Of a stretch of DNA of 41,464 nucleotides, positions 1 to 11,922 are shown piece after piece. Location: contig NC_068987.1 in the NCBI RefSeq assembly GCF_001194135.2, positions 7,551,990 through 7,593,453 of the forward strand, in the 5' to 3' direction. This DNA comes from Octopus bimaculoides. Lineage: Eukaryota. The translations under genes were made by a program, and so were the position numbers. Position 1 is the first letter of the stretch. Each line of letters begins with the position of its first letter. The notes under the pieces were generated by a model, which was given only the letters and a program-made list of their open reading frames with translations, did not search any database and was not told the DNA's origin.

Positions 1-175
1 AAAAAAAAGAACAGGAAAAATAATCCAGAATCCTTATCCGGTACTGGATCGATCCCAGAGGTCAAACATCCCTGAAAGTTTCCTTTGAATCCATCCAACG
101 GTTCTTGAGATATCTTGTCCACGGCAAACAAACAAACAATATTGAAAACTATACCTCCGCCTTAGCGAAGGCAGA

Positions 176-179
<4 letters not shown>
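1..179 (-). mobile_element. Helentron-associated (HINE/DINE-1-like) non-autonomous element, cut by the window edge
   Basis: Reverse complement of the copy at 28642-28850. Terminal hairpin TACCTCCGCCTT-AGCG-AAGGCAGAGGTA (152-179), internal (CAAA)n, abuts a (TAA)n tract. Confidence 0.6.
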
Positions 180-212
<33 letters not shown>

Positions 213-805
213 TGCGAGGAAATATATATGTATATATGTGAGAATTTCAATGGAGTTAAAGCTCCAGTATATAGTACAACTGGGTTTTTTTTTTTTTGCT
301 CGTATATGAGCTAAAGATTAATAAAATTAGGTATAAGATAAAAAATTCAGATGTTAGTCTTAAACATTCAGTGAAGCAAATTCGTAATTCCGATGTATGA
401 CATGAGATATTCCATTCAAACAACCACATATTTATATTACGACATAGATGATAAAAAATATAGAAAAATAAGAATATAAACATAAAAAAAAACTATAAGG
501 AGTACCATGAAAGTAGAAAATATAGATAGAATAGATTAAAGGAGACGATTGAGAGGATCAGTCCAAACCTACAGCCGTTTCAGAAACGATCAGTCCAAAC
601 CTACGGCTTTTCTGAAACGGCCGTAGGTTTTTTGTTCTTTTTTTCAGAAAGTTATGAGGAAACAAAATCGAACGTGGGGACAGGCTTTTGCAGTAATGCC
701 AAAGGATAAACAGAGACGTTAAAAGCTGTTATTTCACGGTGTTTCCAAATTAGTTTCGCGATTGAATTGTGAAGCTCAAATTTTCGATAATAATACATAA
801 ATTTG

Positions 806-985
806 AAGGCGACGAGTTGGCAGAAGCGTTAGCACACTGTACAAAATGCTTAGCAGCATTTCATCCGTCTTTATGTTCTGAGTTCAAATTCCACTGAGGT
901 CGACTTTGCCTTTCATCATTTTGGGGTCGATAAAATAAGTTCCCTGAAAATTGCTGGTCTAATGCCAAAATTTGAAACCAGTAAT
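806..985 (+). mobile_element. tRNA-derived SINE, family A (Meta-domain-like core)
   Basis: GGCGACGAGTTGGCAGAA head, GTTCAAATTCC B box, GCCTTTCATC..GGGGTCGATAAAATAAG core. Many copies in the window. Confidence 0.85.
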
Positions 986-1563
986 ATAAGAATTTTGGAA
1001 ACCACATTTTTGATTTTAAAGTATATCAAAATAGAAAATTCTAAGAATTTTCTAGAGCGTGTAAACTTTAATAGTTGCTTTCTTATAGTATAAGTCACAC
1101 CTAATTAACAAGCTGCTTTCTTCATTATACTATAAATGTCTCAGATTTTGAAAATAATTTCAAACTCGTTATACTTGGATCTTTTAAATCTTTCCCATAA
1201 TGAATATATTTCTTGATCAGTAGAATATAAATGGCTGGAGAACTCCTAATTAATAGATTATAAGACCAATGAAATATAACTTACTGCAATATACGGACAT
1301 ATAGAGACAATTAAAAAAATTATACCGAATTCACTATATCAATAGCCCACTTCTAATTAGGAATAGAAACCGGGGTTGTGGATTTAAAACTCTGGGCAAA
1401 ACTATCAATTTTGTTTGAGACAAATTTTAAAGCGAAGTTTATACATTAAGTTACCCTGAAAATTTATAGCTCGTTAGCAACTCGAAATTCTATTATAGCA
1501 AGATAATTTATTATGCTGACACCAAAGTAGACAATATATGGGAAAACACTGGAGGTTTCCTCT

Positions 1564-1619
1564 CTGTGTGTGTGTGTGTGTGTGTGTATGTGTGTGTGTG
1601 TGTGTGTGTNNNNNNNNNN

Positions 1620-1660
<41 letters not shown>

Positions 1661-1853
1661 TGTGTGCAGGTAGGTAAGTTTATGTGTCTGTACATATATG
1701 TATGTGTAAGGATATCTGTGTGTTTTCCTGTACACATACATACACACACGTAGATATAAACTGATACACTCACAAATACATACATATACACACAAAAATA
1801 CACGCATACACGCACATATAGATATGTATGAATGTATGTGTGTATCCATCTAC

Positions 1854-1888
<35 letters not shown>

Positions 1889-1903
1889 TGTGTCTGTGTG
1901 TCT

Positions 1904-1945
<42 letters not shown>
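1564..1945. repeat. Compound (TG)n/(TA)n microsatellites flanking assembly gaps
   Basis: Directly visible. Confidence 0.95.
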
Positions 1946-2833
1946 NNNNNNNNNNNNNNNNNNNNNNNNNNNNNNNNNNNNNNNNNNNNNNNNNNNNNNN
2001 NNNNNNNNNNNNNNNNNNNNNNNNNNNNNNNNNNNNNNNNNNNNNNNNNNNNNNNNNNNNNNNNNNNNNNNNNNNNNNNNNNNNNNNNNNNNNNNNNNNN
2101 NNNNNNNNNNNNNNNNNNNNNNNNNNNNNNNNNNNNNNNNNNNNNNNNNNNNNNNNNNNNNNNNNNNNNNNNNNNNNNNNNNNNNNNNNNNNNNNNNNNN
2201 NNNNNNNNNNNNNNNNNNNNNNNNNNNNNNNNNNNNNNNNNNNNNNNNNNNNNNNNNNNNNNNNNNNNNNNNNNNNNNNNNNNNNNNNNNNNNNNNNNNN
2301 NNNNNNNNNNNNNNNNNNNNNNNNNNNNNNNNNNNNNNNNNNNNNNNNNNNNNNNNNNNNNNNNNNNNNNNNNNNNNNNNNNNNNNNNNNNNNNNNNNNN
2401 NNNNNNNNNNNNNNNNNNNNNNNNNNNNNNNNNNNNNNNNNNNNNNNNNNNNNNNNNNNNNNNNNNNNNNNNNNNNNNNNNNNNNNNNNNNNNNNNNNNN
2501 NNNNNNNNNNNNNNNNNNNNNNNNNNNNNNNNNNNNNNNNNNNNNNNNNNNNNNNNNNNNNNNNNNNNNNNNNNNNNNNNNNNNNNNNNNNNNNNNNNNN
2601 NNNNNNNNNNNNNNNNNNNNNNNNNNNNNNNNNNNNNNNNNNNNNNNNNNNNNNNNNNNNNNNNNNNNNNNNNNNNNNNNNNNNNGGTGGAAGAACTGTT
2701 GTCCAATTATTCACTTCCTGTCTTTGACTAGTTCTTATTTTGGCTACAATGGAGTAGTGACAAGCAAAGGGAATAATATTATATAACTAATTCTTTCTTG
2801 GAATTTGGTCTCGAAGACCAGAAATGCTATCAA

Positions 2834-3090
2834 CAACAATATTCAAACACTGGGTTGGAAAACCCTTATGGATGGAAAAAGTCAAATGCTGGCCGTGAGG
2901 TAAAAACTCACATTTCTTGTAGACATAACAAGCGTTGGGCAGCCTTCGACTTTTTCTGTCCAAAAGGTTTTTTTTTTACCCAGTATTTGCATGCTGTCAT
3001 TTCTAATATTCAACAATATTTAAACACTGGGCTGGAAAACCCTTATTGATGGAAAAAGTCGAATGCTGGCCGTGAGGTAAAAATTCATTT
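2834..3090 (+). repeat. Direct repeat of about 77 bp, 177-bp period
   Basis: CAACAATATT..AACACTGGG..GGAAAACCCTTA..GATGGAAAAAGTC..AATGCTGGCCGTGAGGTAAAAA starts at both 2834 and 3011. Confidence 0.9.
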
Positions 3091-3294
3091 TAATTTATCA
3101 AAATTTAAATTAAATTAAGTTTCACAATATATAATATATAAATATATAATTTAGAGAAAATAACCACAATTCTTGAACTCATCCATGAAAATCCAGTCAC
3201 ATATAGAAAAATTTAACAAGTAAATGCACTAAAAAGACTTGTAATGAATATTAAAATAATAAAATAATATATATATATATTTATATACACACAT

Positions 3295-3481
3295 GTATGT
3301 ATATGTTTGTGTTTGAATTTGTCTTCCACTACTGTTGATAACTAGTGCCGGTAAGTTTACTTCCTCTTTTACTTAGCGGTTCGACAAAAGAAACCGGTAA
3401 AATAAGTACCAGACTTAAAAATAACCACTGGAGTCGATTTAGGTGGTGGCCCACTATGGCTGCATTCTAATGATTGAAACT
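3295..3481 (+). mobile_element. Degenerate family C SINE, 3' part
   Basis: ACTTAGCGGTTCGACAAAAGAAACCGG..AATAAGTACC..GGTGG..TATGGCTGCA..TAATGATTGAAAC matches the tails at 23760-23890. Confidence 0.7.
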
Positions 3482-4596
3482 AGATCAGCAAGTGAAATAT
3501 TTTACTTGATTAATTCGCTTTAGCCTTCAACGAGCTTCAGAGATAGAAATTCATTTTTTTACGTATATTTTGGGATATTGATTTATTTCTGATCTAGAAT
3601 CATACAAGAAAGAAATATATGTATTTGAAAATATTAATTGAAATCATGTGTGAATAGGCGAAAACGATGTAAAAGAAAAAGACCAAAAAAGATCTCGTCA
3701 ATTTTCCATTCATTTTACTTCTTGTCTAACTTCTGTTATCATTTATCATTTGTTTAAAATGATATATCTTTTTATTTTTTTCATTTGCTTTTTATGTATG
3801 TTTTGACGATGAATACACTTTGTATAAGATGAATCTAACACCTGAAAAGGTCTTTCAGTGGTGATATGTTTACTAATTCTAAAGGCCTGCAAACACGGAA
3901 ATCTCTCAACGTATTCGCTCCAGCTGCTAAATCTAGTTAGCCAAATTTTCCCTCAAATCAAACCTCATTCTTTACATACATGGGGAGCGACCAAGTCGTA
4001 TAATGTTATCTGAGTATACCTTTTATATCTTTTGTCCTTTATTTGTTTCAGTAACTGGACTGTAGCCATGCTGGAGCAGTACCTTAGTGGATTTAGTCGA
4101 ACAAATCTACTCCAGAAAACAGGATCTAATGGATACAAATTCATTTATTAATTAATAAATGAATTTGTATCCATTAGACCTCTCTGTTTTCTAACTCAAT
4201 AAAAATGTTTGATATCTTATGATATTCTATATAATATGTTCATTGAAGGGTTATCTCTTCAAAATTTAATATATCAAACCAGTGTATCTTGGATAAGTAT
4301 CCCTATAAGAGGTTTGAGTATCCTCACTGTCACTATATGTATGTGTGTGTGTGTTCGTGTGTACGGCGTTATAGGGAAACAAAATCGGAGTGGGGCATAA
4401 TTCTGTAGTTATGCCCTAAACTTATTTACTAAGCGAATGAATAGCATTAGACGACTAAAGGATGAATAGGAATAGTAGACGTAACGTATCAGAAAAAACA
4501 CACAAATTGGCAATCAAATGCATAAACATCATTTAACGACTAGCAGGAAACCTCCCGGGGGAGACTTAGATACTTGTATATATTGTTGTTGTTGTT

Positions 4597-4974
4597 GGCA
4601 CTCCGTCGCTTACGACGTCGAGGGTTCCAATTGATCCGATCAACGGAACAGCCTGCTCGTGAAATTAACGTGAAAGTGGCTGAGCACTCCACAGACACGT
4701 GTACCCTTAACGTAGTTTTCGGGGATATTCAGCGTGACACAGTGCGACAAGGCTGGCCCTTTGAATTACAGGCACAACAGAAACAGGAAGTAAGAGTGAG
4801 AGAAAGTTGTAGTGAAAGAGTACAGCGGGGTTCGCCACCACCCCCTGCCGGGGCCTCGTGGAGCCTTAGGTGTTTTCGCTCAATAAATACTCACAACGCC
4901 CGGTCTGGGAATCGAAACCGCGATCCTATGACCGCGAGTCCGCTGCCCTAAGCACTGGGCCATTGCACCTCCAC
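4597..4974 (-). mobile_element. Full-length tRNA-derived SINE, family B (octopus OR-type), with target-site duplication
   Basis: A box TGGCCCAGTGCTTAGG and B box GGTTTCGATTCC on the minus strand. 3' stem-loop GTTCC-AATTGATCCGATCAAC-GGAAC, (AAC)n tail, and 13-bp TSD ACTTGTATATATT at 4572-4584 and 4975-4987. Confidence 0.92.
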
Positions 4975-5589
4975 ACTTGTATATATTAATATGGTGACAA
5001 ATGGAAACAAAGTTAGAATGCAATGAGATAACACATACAGTTAAGCACCCAATTCCTTATTTTGCTTAAGTTCTAGCAGTTTCGACTTTCCTCTCTTTTT
5101 TCAGGGATCGATAAGATTTTGCTTTCGTACACGCGTGCAAGATCAATTTTTGCTGTGGTACGGTTTATATTTTAGTGAATCGTCTGCAGTTTATTTGTAT
5201 TCATTTAATCTAATCTGGTTGCATGAGAGGATGATGAGATTTGAAGTCACGGACTAAATGCCATCCTACATTTTGTCTGCCACATTATTGTTTCCATCAC
5301 CTCTATTGATTTAGGGGTGAATTCGATAACTTCCGCGTTAATGTCAATCAATTAATGCACTGTGAGCATTGATTTTGAACCTAATTGATTGAATCGATAC
5401 AGTATATTATTGGCGTTTGTCTTAAACACCGTGCAAGGAAAGAAGCCAAAGGATTTTGAAATTGCAAGGATCCGACCAAGATATTCAAAGGGGAGCATCA
5501 GAACCGGACCAACAACTAAAGGAGCTTTTTTCGGGTTAAGAGTTGAGACGATGAAACCTAATCAATTAGATTGGCAGATATTCTTTTAT

Positions 5590-5690
5590 TCATTTATTCT
5601 TTTATTCTTTTACTTGTTTCAGTTATTTGACTGCGGCCATGCTGGAGTACCGCCTTTAGTCGAACAAAACTGACCCCAGGACTTATTCTA
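5590..5690 (-). mobile_element. Family C SINE 3' tail fragment
   Basis: TTACTTGTTTCAG..TTTGACTGCGGCCATGCTGGAGTACCGCCTTTAGTCGA. A similar fragment lies at 4027-4112. Confidence 0.8.
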
Positions 5691-5747
5691 TTCTTTGTAC
5701 ATGACTGAAACACTCAATAAATTACCCTACAAGGCAGCAAGGGCTTG

Positions 5748-5785
5748 TTATTATAGAGGGCGTGGTTTCGTGCAGAGCCAATCCC
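5748..5785. promoter_or_regulatory. Promoter-like cluster: TATA-like, GC box and CCAAT box
   Basis: GGGCGTGG at 5758-5765, AGCCAATCC with CCAAT at 5778-5782, minus-strand TATAATAA at 5755-5748. Lies about 90-120 bp upstream of the signal-peptide ORF. Confidence 0.45.
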
Positions 5786-5872
5786 ACTCTCTCATCTTGA
5801 TCTGATACAACAACTGCCATGAGCGCAGTAGTTATCAAGATGTAGGATCTGTATGGAGTTATCTTCTCTTAG

Positions 5873-6023
5873 ATGAGCAGCTACAGAGCTGAAGGGCCTT
5901 ATCTGCTCTACGTCCTTTGGCTGTATTTGTTAGTGACCGTCTTACAGAAGCAATTCTGTAGCGTGCTGACATGCCAATTAACCCTAACGGTTATTACTGC
6001 TGCAGGTCAGAAATACCCAAGAG
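5873..6023 (+). CDS. Putative first coding exon with signal peptide (secreted or membrane protein, family uncertain)
   Basis: MSSYRAEGPYLLYVLWLYLLVTVLQKQFCSVLTCQLTLTVITAAGQKYPR with hydrophobic core LLYVLWLYLLVTVL. Two phase-1 donors: CAG|gtcaga after 6005 and GAG|gtattt after 6023. Non-repetitive and GC-richer than the flanks. Confidence 0.5.
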
Positions 6024-6494
6024 GTATTTCTACATTCCTCAGAATCTTGGAACTTCCAAACTAAAGGCCCCACGTTGCTGTTTAAAGTCAAACCTAATTT
6101 TGCTAATAAAAACGGTATTAATAATTAATGGGGTAGGTTAAAGGCGGCTATTGTATTGTTGTTTTGTTGGCATTAAGAAAAAGCTGGTGCACTGTGATAA
6201 GTTCATAATTATTGGAGATGCTTATATTGTGTGAAAATGATGCGAGGAAGGAGAAATTTATATACATTTTAAATTAAATTTGGCAGTTCCTGTGGTGTGT
6301 GTTAACATTGATTTTCCATCAACTAAAAGTTTTATTTGTGCTTTATTTTCATGCACTTAGAGAATGTTGATAGCATTTAATCAATTCTAATTATTTTAAA
6401 ATTTGGTTTTATTTCTATGCTTGCTAAAATTTCGTATCTGACTAATTTGAATTTTCAGTTCTGAGTTTTTTGTTTTTAAATTTATAAATAATAG

Positions 6495-7065
6495 TTTCAA
6501 GTTTTGGCACAAATCCAGCAATTTTAAGGGAGAAGTAAGTTGATTATATCAACCCCTGTCCCCAACTGGTACTTATTTTATTGACCCCGAAAGGATGAAA
6601 GGTAGAATCGACCTCGGCGGAATTCGAACTCAGAATGTAAAGATAGACGGAATGCAGCTTAGCATTTCTCCCGGCGTGCTAACAACTCTGCCAGCTCGCC
6701 GCCTTTTTTTACTTGTATGAATATTCTTTCTACTATAGGCACAAGGCCTGGAATTTTGAGGAGGAGGCCAGTCGATGACAGCGATCCCAGTATTTGACTG
6801 GTACTTAATTTATCGACTCCGAAAGGATGAAAGGCAAAGTCGACTTCGGCGGAATTTGAACTCAGAACGTAGCGGCAGACGAAATACCGCTAAGCATTTC
6901 GCCCGGCGTGCTAACGATTCGGCCAGCATGCCGCCTTAAATCGACCCCGAAAAGATGAAAGACAAAATCGACCTCGGTGGAATTTGGACACTAAACGTAA
7001 AGTCGGACGAAATGCCGCTAAGCATTTTGTCTGGCGTGCTAACGGTTTTGCCAACTCGCTGCCTT
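6495..7065 (-). mobile_element. Three adjacent family A SINEs (6495-6705, 6723-6939, 6940-7065)
   Basis: Each ends in ..GTGCTAAC..TGCCAGCTCGCCGCCTT-like sequence (reverse-complement head) and carries the CGACCCCGAAAGGATGAAAGG core. Confidence 0.88.
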
Positions 7066-7579
7066 TTAATGCCTTAAAAATGAAATTTGGTAATGCAAAA
7101 TGTACGGAAGCGAACTGGACACACACACACACACACACACGTGTATATGCATGTGTTTGTGCGTGTATATCGGCGTGCAGTTAACAAAATCGGTGCATCG
7201 AACAACCTTGTAAAGTTGAGTACCGTTCAAAATATAACCCTTGGCGCTCAAGTTGATTTTCCTTTCGTTCTTCACGAGATCGATCAAATAAATACCAGAT
7301 AAAGTATTATGGTCGATATTATTGATTGAAGAATTTCTTGAAGATGGTATCCCAACATGTCCTCAATCTAAGACTGAAACCATCAAAGGCCTAAGCAATA
7401 AATAGCTCAATAGATTTATCGATGCTGATTATTGACTAAGCTTTGGGACATTCAGGGAAAAGACATTCCTTTATCTGTCTTCGTTATAAAGTATATTCAT
7501 GTTTATATTTTTGCTGCTTCACTAAATTATTTTTATCTACACTGATTTTATGGAAGACTGTTAGTTACTCCCTCGCATT

Positions 7580-7801
7580 CTCTTCCTCTCCCTCTCCCTC
7601 TCGTGCTCTTCCTCTCCCTCTCCCTCTCGTGCTCTTCCTCTCCCTCTCGTGCTCTTCCTCTATCTCTCCTTCTCTCACTACCTCTCTCTATCTCTCTTCC
7701 TCTCTCTTTCCCTCTCCCTCTCTTTCTCTCTCCCCCTCTTCACCTCTATCCCTCCCTACTGCTCTCTCTCCTTCCCTCCCCCTCTCTCTCTCTCTGTCTC
7801 C

Positions 7802-7835
<34 letters not shown>

Positions 7836-7853
7836 AGTCTGTCTGTCTATCTA

Positions 7854-7884
<31 letters not shown>

Positions 7885-7920
7885 ATCTATCTGTCTGTCT
7901 GCCTATCAGACTCTATATAT
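7580..7920. repeat. Polypyrimidine minisatellite (CTCTCCCTCTCGTGCTCTTC units) grading into (CTAT)n/(CTGT)n
   Basis: Directly visible. Confidence 0.92.
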
Positions 7921-8653
7921 AGAGCTTAGTATATGATACCCTGGCACGCAGAAATACGCCCCACCATCTCGTACTCCGAATAAATCGAGAAGTCCAACGG
8001 CTGATAATATCAACTATTATAAAATTGATTGTCTCTTATAGATCACGTCTCTCGTGACATTAATGTACAAGAAAATAATACATTTGTCTCTCAGAGAAAT
8101 ATAACATCCTTTTCCGGACTTTTGCAATTTTGAACAAAATATTGGAACTGATGAATCTATGTAGACACATGAATATTTAATCGTAAATTTGCAACAACTA
8201 ACAGGCTGAAATAGTTTATTTCCTACATGATTGATTTAAAAATACCTTCCTTCCTTGACTCCGTGAGTTTTACATATAGATGGTAAAAAAACATGAAAAT
8301 ATCACGTATTTTTGAATGTGAATAGATAAAATATATTATGTATTCTGCTCATAAAAATGAACAGATGAATATGTGACGTAATTTTCTAGACATTTTTCCG
8401 CAAAATCTTGAAGACTAATCATAAAATCTCAATAATTGATAATATTTCGATGAAGTTCAGTCTAGTTTTGCTTATGTATCGTCACGTACCTTTCCGACTT
8501 CAACCATTTTAACAATCGTCAACGTAAAATGCAAGCTAGAATTTCAAGAGACTTCAGCTTTTAATAAATTATACATATTTACTATGTATATTAAGTATAT
8601 ACACACACATATAGGTTTAGTATGGACCGTTTCACTGCCGTTTTTGAACACCC

Positions 8654-8660
<7 letters not shown>

Positions 8661-8735
<75 letters not shown>
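8661..8735. repeat. (TA)n(GA)n microsatellite at a gap edge
   Basis: Directly visible. Confidence 0.95.
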
Positions 8736-9436
8736 NNNNNNNNNNNNNNNNNNNNNNNNNNNNNNNNNNNNNNNNNNNNNNNNNNNNNNNNNNNNNNNNN
8801 NNNNNNNNNNNNNNNNNNNNNNNNNNNNNNNNNNNNNNNNNNNNNNNNNNNNNNNNNNNNNNNNNNNNNNNNNNNNNNNNNNNNNNNNNNNNNNNNNNNN
8901 NNNNNNNNNNNNNNNNNNNNNNNNNNNNNNNNNNNNNNNNNNNNNNNNNNNNNNNNNNNNNNNNNNNNNNNNNNNNNNNNNNNNNNNNNNNNNNNNNNNN
9001 NNNNNNNNNNNNNNNNNNNNNNNNNNNNNNNNNNNNNNNNNNNNNNNNNNNNNNNNNNNNNNNNNNNNNNNNNNNNNNNNNNNNNNNNNNNNNNNNNNNN
9101 NNNNNNNNNNNNNNNNNNNNNNNNNNNNNNNNNNNNNNNNNNNNNNNNNNNNNNNNNNNNNNNNNNNNNNNNNNNNNNNNNNNNNNNNNNNNNNNNNNNN
9201 NNNNNNNNNNNNNNNNNNNNNNNNNNNNNNNNNNNNNNNNNNNNNNNNNNNNNNNNNNNNNNNNNNNNNNNNNNNNNNNNNNNNNNNNNNNNNNNNNNNN
9301 NNNNNNNNNNNNNNNNNNNNNNNNNNNNNNNNNNNNNNNNNNNNNNNNNNNNNNNNNNNNNNNNNNNNNNNNNNNNNNNNNNNNNNNNNNNNNNNNNNNN
9401 NNNNNNNNNNNNNNNNNNNNNNNNNNNNNNNNNNNN

Positions 9437-9473
<37 letters not shown>

Positions 9474-9602
9474 GTCGAGCTTCTTTCCGTTTCCCTCTCC
9501 CAAATCCATTTACAACGCTTTGGACCAAACTGCTAGGTTACAGGGGCATAAACACACCAACATCGGTTATTAGTCGGTGGTGGGGGAAATACGGAAACAA
9601 TA

Positions 9603-9641
<39 letters not shown>

Positions 9642-9644
9642 TAC

Positions 9645-10005
9645 AGCCTCGTGAGTGGATTTGGTTAACAAAAACTGAAAGAATCCCGTCGTGTGTGTGT
9701 GTGTGTGTGTGTTATTGTGTCTGTGTCAGTACCCATCACTACTTGACAACCGGTGTTTGTGTGTTTACATATCCGTAACTTAACGGTTCGGCAAGAGAAA
9801 CCGATAGAATAAGTACAAGGCTTAAAACTAGTAGCAAACACTGGGTGACGATTCGTTCGACTAACATTCTTCAAAGCGATGCCCCAGCATGGCTGCAGTC
9901 TAATGAATGAAACAAGTAAAAGATATAATATGAAAGATAAACACTCCAAGGAAGCAACCCAGCATGGCTGCAGTCCAATGAGTGAGACAAGTAAAAGATA
10001 AAAGA
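9645..10005 (+). mobile_element. Family C SINE body and tail with internal (GT)n and a duplicated tail end
   Basis: GTGAGTGGATTTGGT..AAACTGAAAGAATCCCGTCG(TG)n..TTGACAACCGG..CGGTTCGGCAAGAGAAACCGATAGAATAAGTAC. CCAGCATGGCTGCAGTC occurs twice. Confidence 0.85.
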
Positions 10006-10712
10006 TGTAGAATTAAATTATATAAACAGATGAAGAATTTCTTTGAAAAAACTATTGACTTTGTTAAACGGACTTTGTTTTTTTAAGCTTGGACCTAACA
10101 TGACAACATAATGTCCGTTGAGAAAAAAAATTACTTGTAACTAGACACAGAAATAGAAAGAATAAAAATGTCGAGATTATAAAACTATGAATACAAAAAA
10201 AAAAGAAAAGAAGCCGTGTAAAATGTTATGAAATTTCTATTCCTAAAAGCGAATAAATATTTAAAATATACGATAGTCTACCGGAAGCGCTACAGAATCT
10301 AAAACATGTGGAATCGAATGCGAGTGCGTGAGCATGTGTGTATGCATGAGTGTGTGCATGTGTGTGTGTGTATGCAAAAACCAAACACGTTAATAGTTCT
10401 AGAAAAGTGTTTTACGTAACAAAATCAAATGCCAATACGATCCGTTAGATTCTTGCAAATAACAAAGGAATTTCAATGACAAAATATCGGTTATATTAAT
10501 TTACATCCCCAAACCAACTATATGTGCATATCTATACAAATACAAACATCAGAGATACACATATACACACACAGTATATTTATTTCTTTATTGCCAACAG
10601 GGGGCTAAACATNNNNNNNNNNNNNNNNNNNNNNNNNNNNNNNNNNNNNNNNNNNNNNNNNNNNNNNNNNNNNNNNNNNNNNNNNNNNNNNNNNNNNNNN
10701 NNNNNNNNNNNN

Positions 10713-10751
<39 letters not shown>

Positions 10752-10754
10752 ACG

Positions 10755-10908
10755 AATTCTTTCGGTTTTGATCTACCAAATTCCCTCACAAAAGGTTTTG
10801 ATCGGTTCGAGGCTATAGTAGAAGATACTTGTCCAAGGTGCTAGGCAGTGCGACTGAACCCAGAACCATGTGGTTGGTAAGCCAACTTTCTTACTATGCA
10901 ACCACGTC
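10755..10908 (-). mobile_element. Family C SINE 5' half (CORE-like domain)
   Basis: GGCTATAGTAGAAGATACTTGTCCAAGGTG..GACTGAACCCAGAACCATGTGGTTGG. Confidence 0.82.
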
Positions 10909-11769
10909 TGGAAACTTCGAGATATGACATAAATCTCTCTCTTATTTTAAATAATGACTCTTGAAGTACATAAAGTCGTAAATAACAGCATATTGAGAAT
11001 TGTATTAGAAATTCCTTGGATAGAAACGGTTGAAGGAACTTCTAACTTCGTTCTACACACTTTATCTGTTTTTAGTTCTACCAATGCCATTTATACATGT
11101 GTGTTTGTATGTGGTGTATGTGTATATATATATATATTAATATTTCTGTATCTAACTGTATATGAATATCTGTATGCGTATATACACATACGTATGGATG
11201 TTTCGTTTATACTTACATAAACATCTCATAAACAACCTCTCGTGCTTTGTGTTGCGTGTGTGTGTGGATAAATGGATGGATGGATAGAATATTGTTCGTT
11301 CATCAACGTCATTCGTCAAAAGCATATTGGTCTAAAAACAATATTTATAGAATAACAAAGCGGCCTACAGAGATATTCTTAGAAAAAGAAAATTGGTTGA
11401 AAAACAAATTAATCAAAAATATATTAGTCGACATCAAATACTCTGAAATACATACCCGTAAATATTTAAAAAAAAAACATAGATATACATCGAAACTTAA
11501 TGCCGGCTATTTAGTTCTCTTTTTTTTTAAAGTACTTATAGTAATTTTAAAATGATAAGAGCAAATTATATTTTGAATGAAATATATTTTTCAATTTACT
11601 TTCAGGCTATCATTTTATAAGGAAATATTAATGTGAATGGCAACACATCAAAACTTTATCTGCACTAATTTTGTTAACTGACATATTAGAGTTTTCTGAC
11701 ATTAAAAACAGAATTATTTTTCAGACGAAGTACATTTTTATATTTTCTATGTACGCATTTGTGTGTTTG

Positions 11770-11922
11770 TCGGCTGCGACGACGAGGGTTCCAGTTGATC
11801 CGATCAACGGAACGGCCTGCTCGTGAAATTAACGTGCAAGTGGCTGAGCACTCCACAGACACGTATACCCGGAACTGCGCGATTGGAAAGCAAACTTCTT
11901 ACCACACAGCCACGCTTGCACC
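11770..11922 (-). mobile_element. Family B tail (11770-11868) joined to a family C head (11869-11922)
   Basis: GACGACGAGGGTTCCAGTTGATCCGATCAACGGAAC..., then CTTTCTTACCACACAGCCACGCTTGCACC. Confidence 0.75.

Noticed and set aside
1770-2786. Long ORFs of 260-340 aa in the track (also 8544-9573, 13004-13639, 36636-37666)
   Set aside because: They run through N gaps and dinucleotide repeats. X codons hide the stops.
4890-4974. tRNA gene call for SINE heads
   Set aside because: A and B boxes are present, but the cloverleaf is not intact and the sequence continues into SINE body, tail and TSD.
5389-5673. 94-aa ORF upstream of the promoter
   Set aside because: Starts at a non-ATG codon, its 3' third is a SINE tail, and it has no splice signals or recognisable domain.
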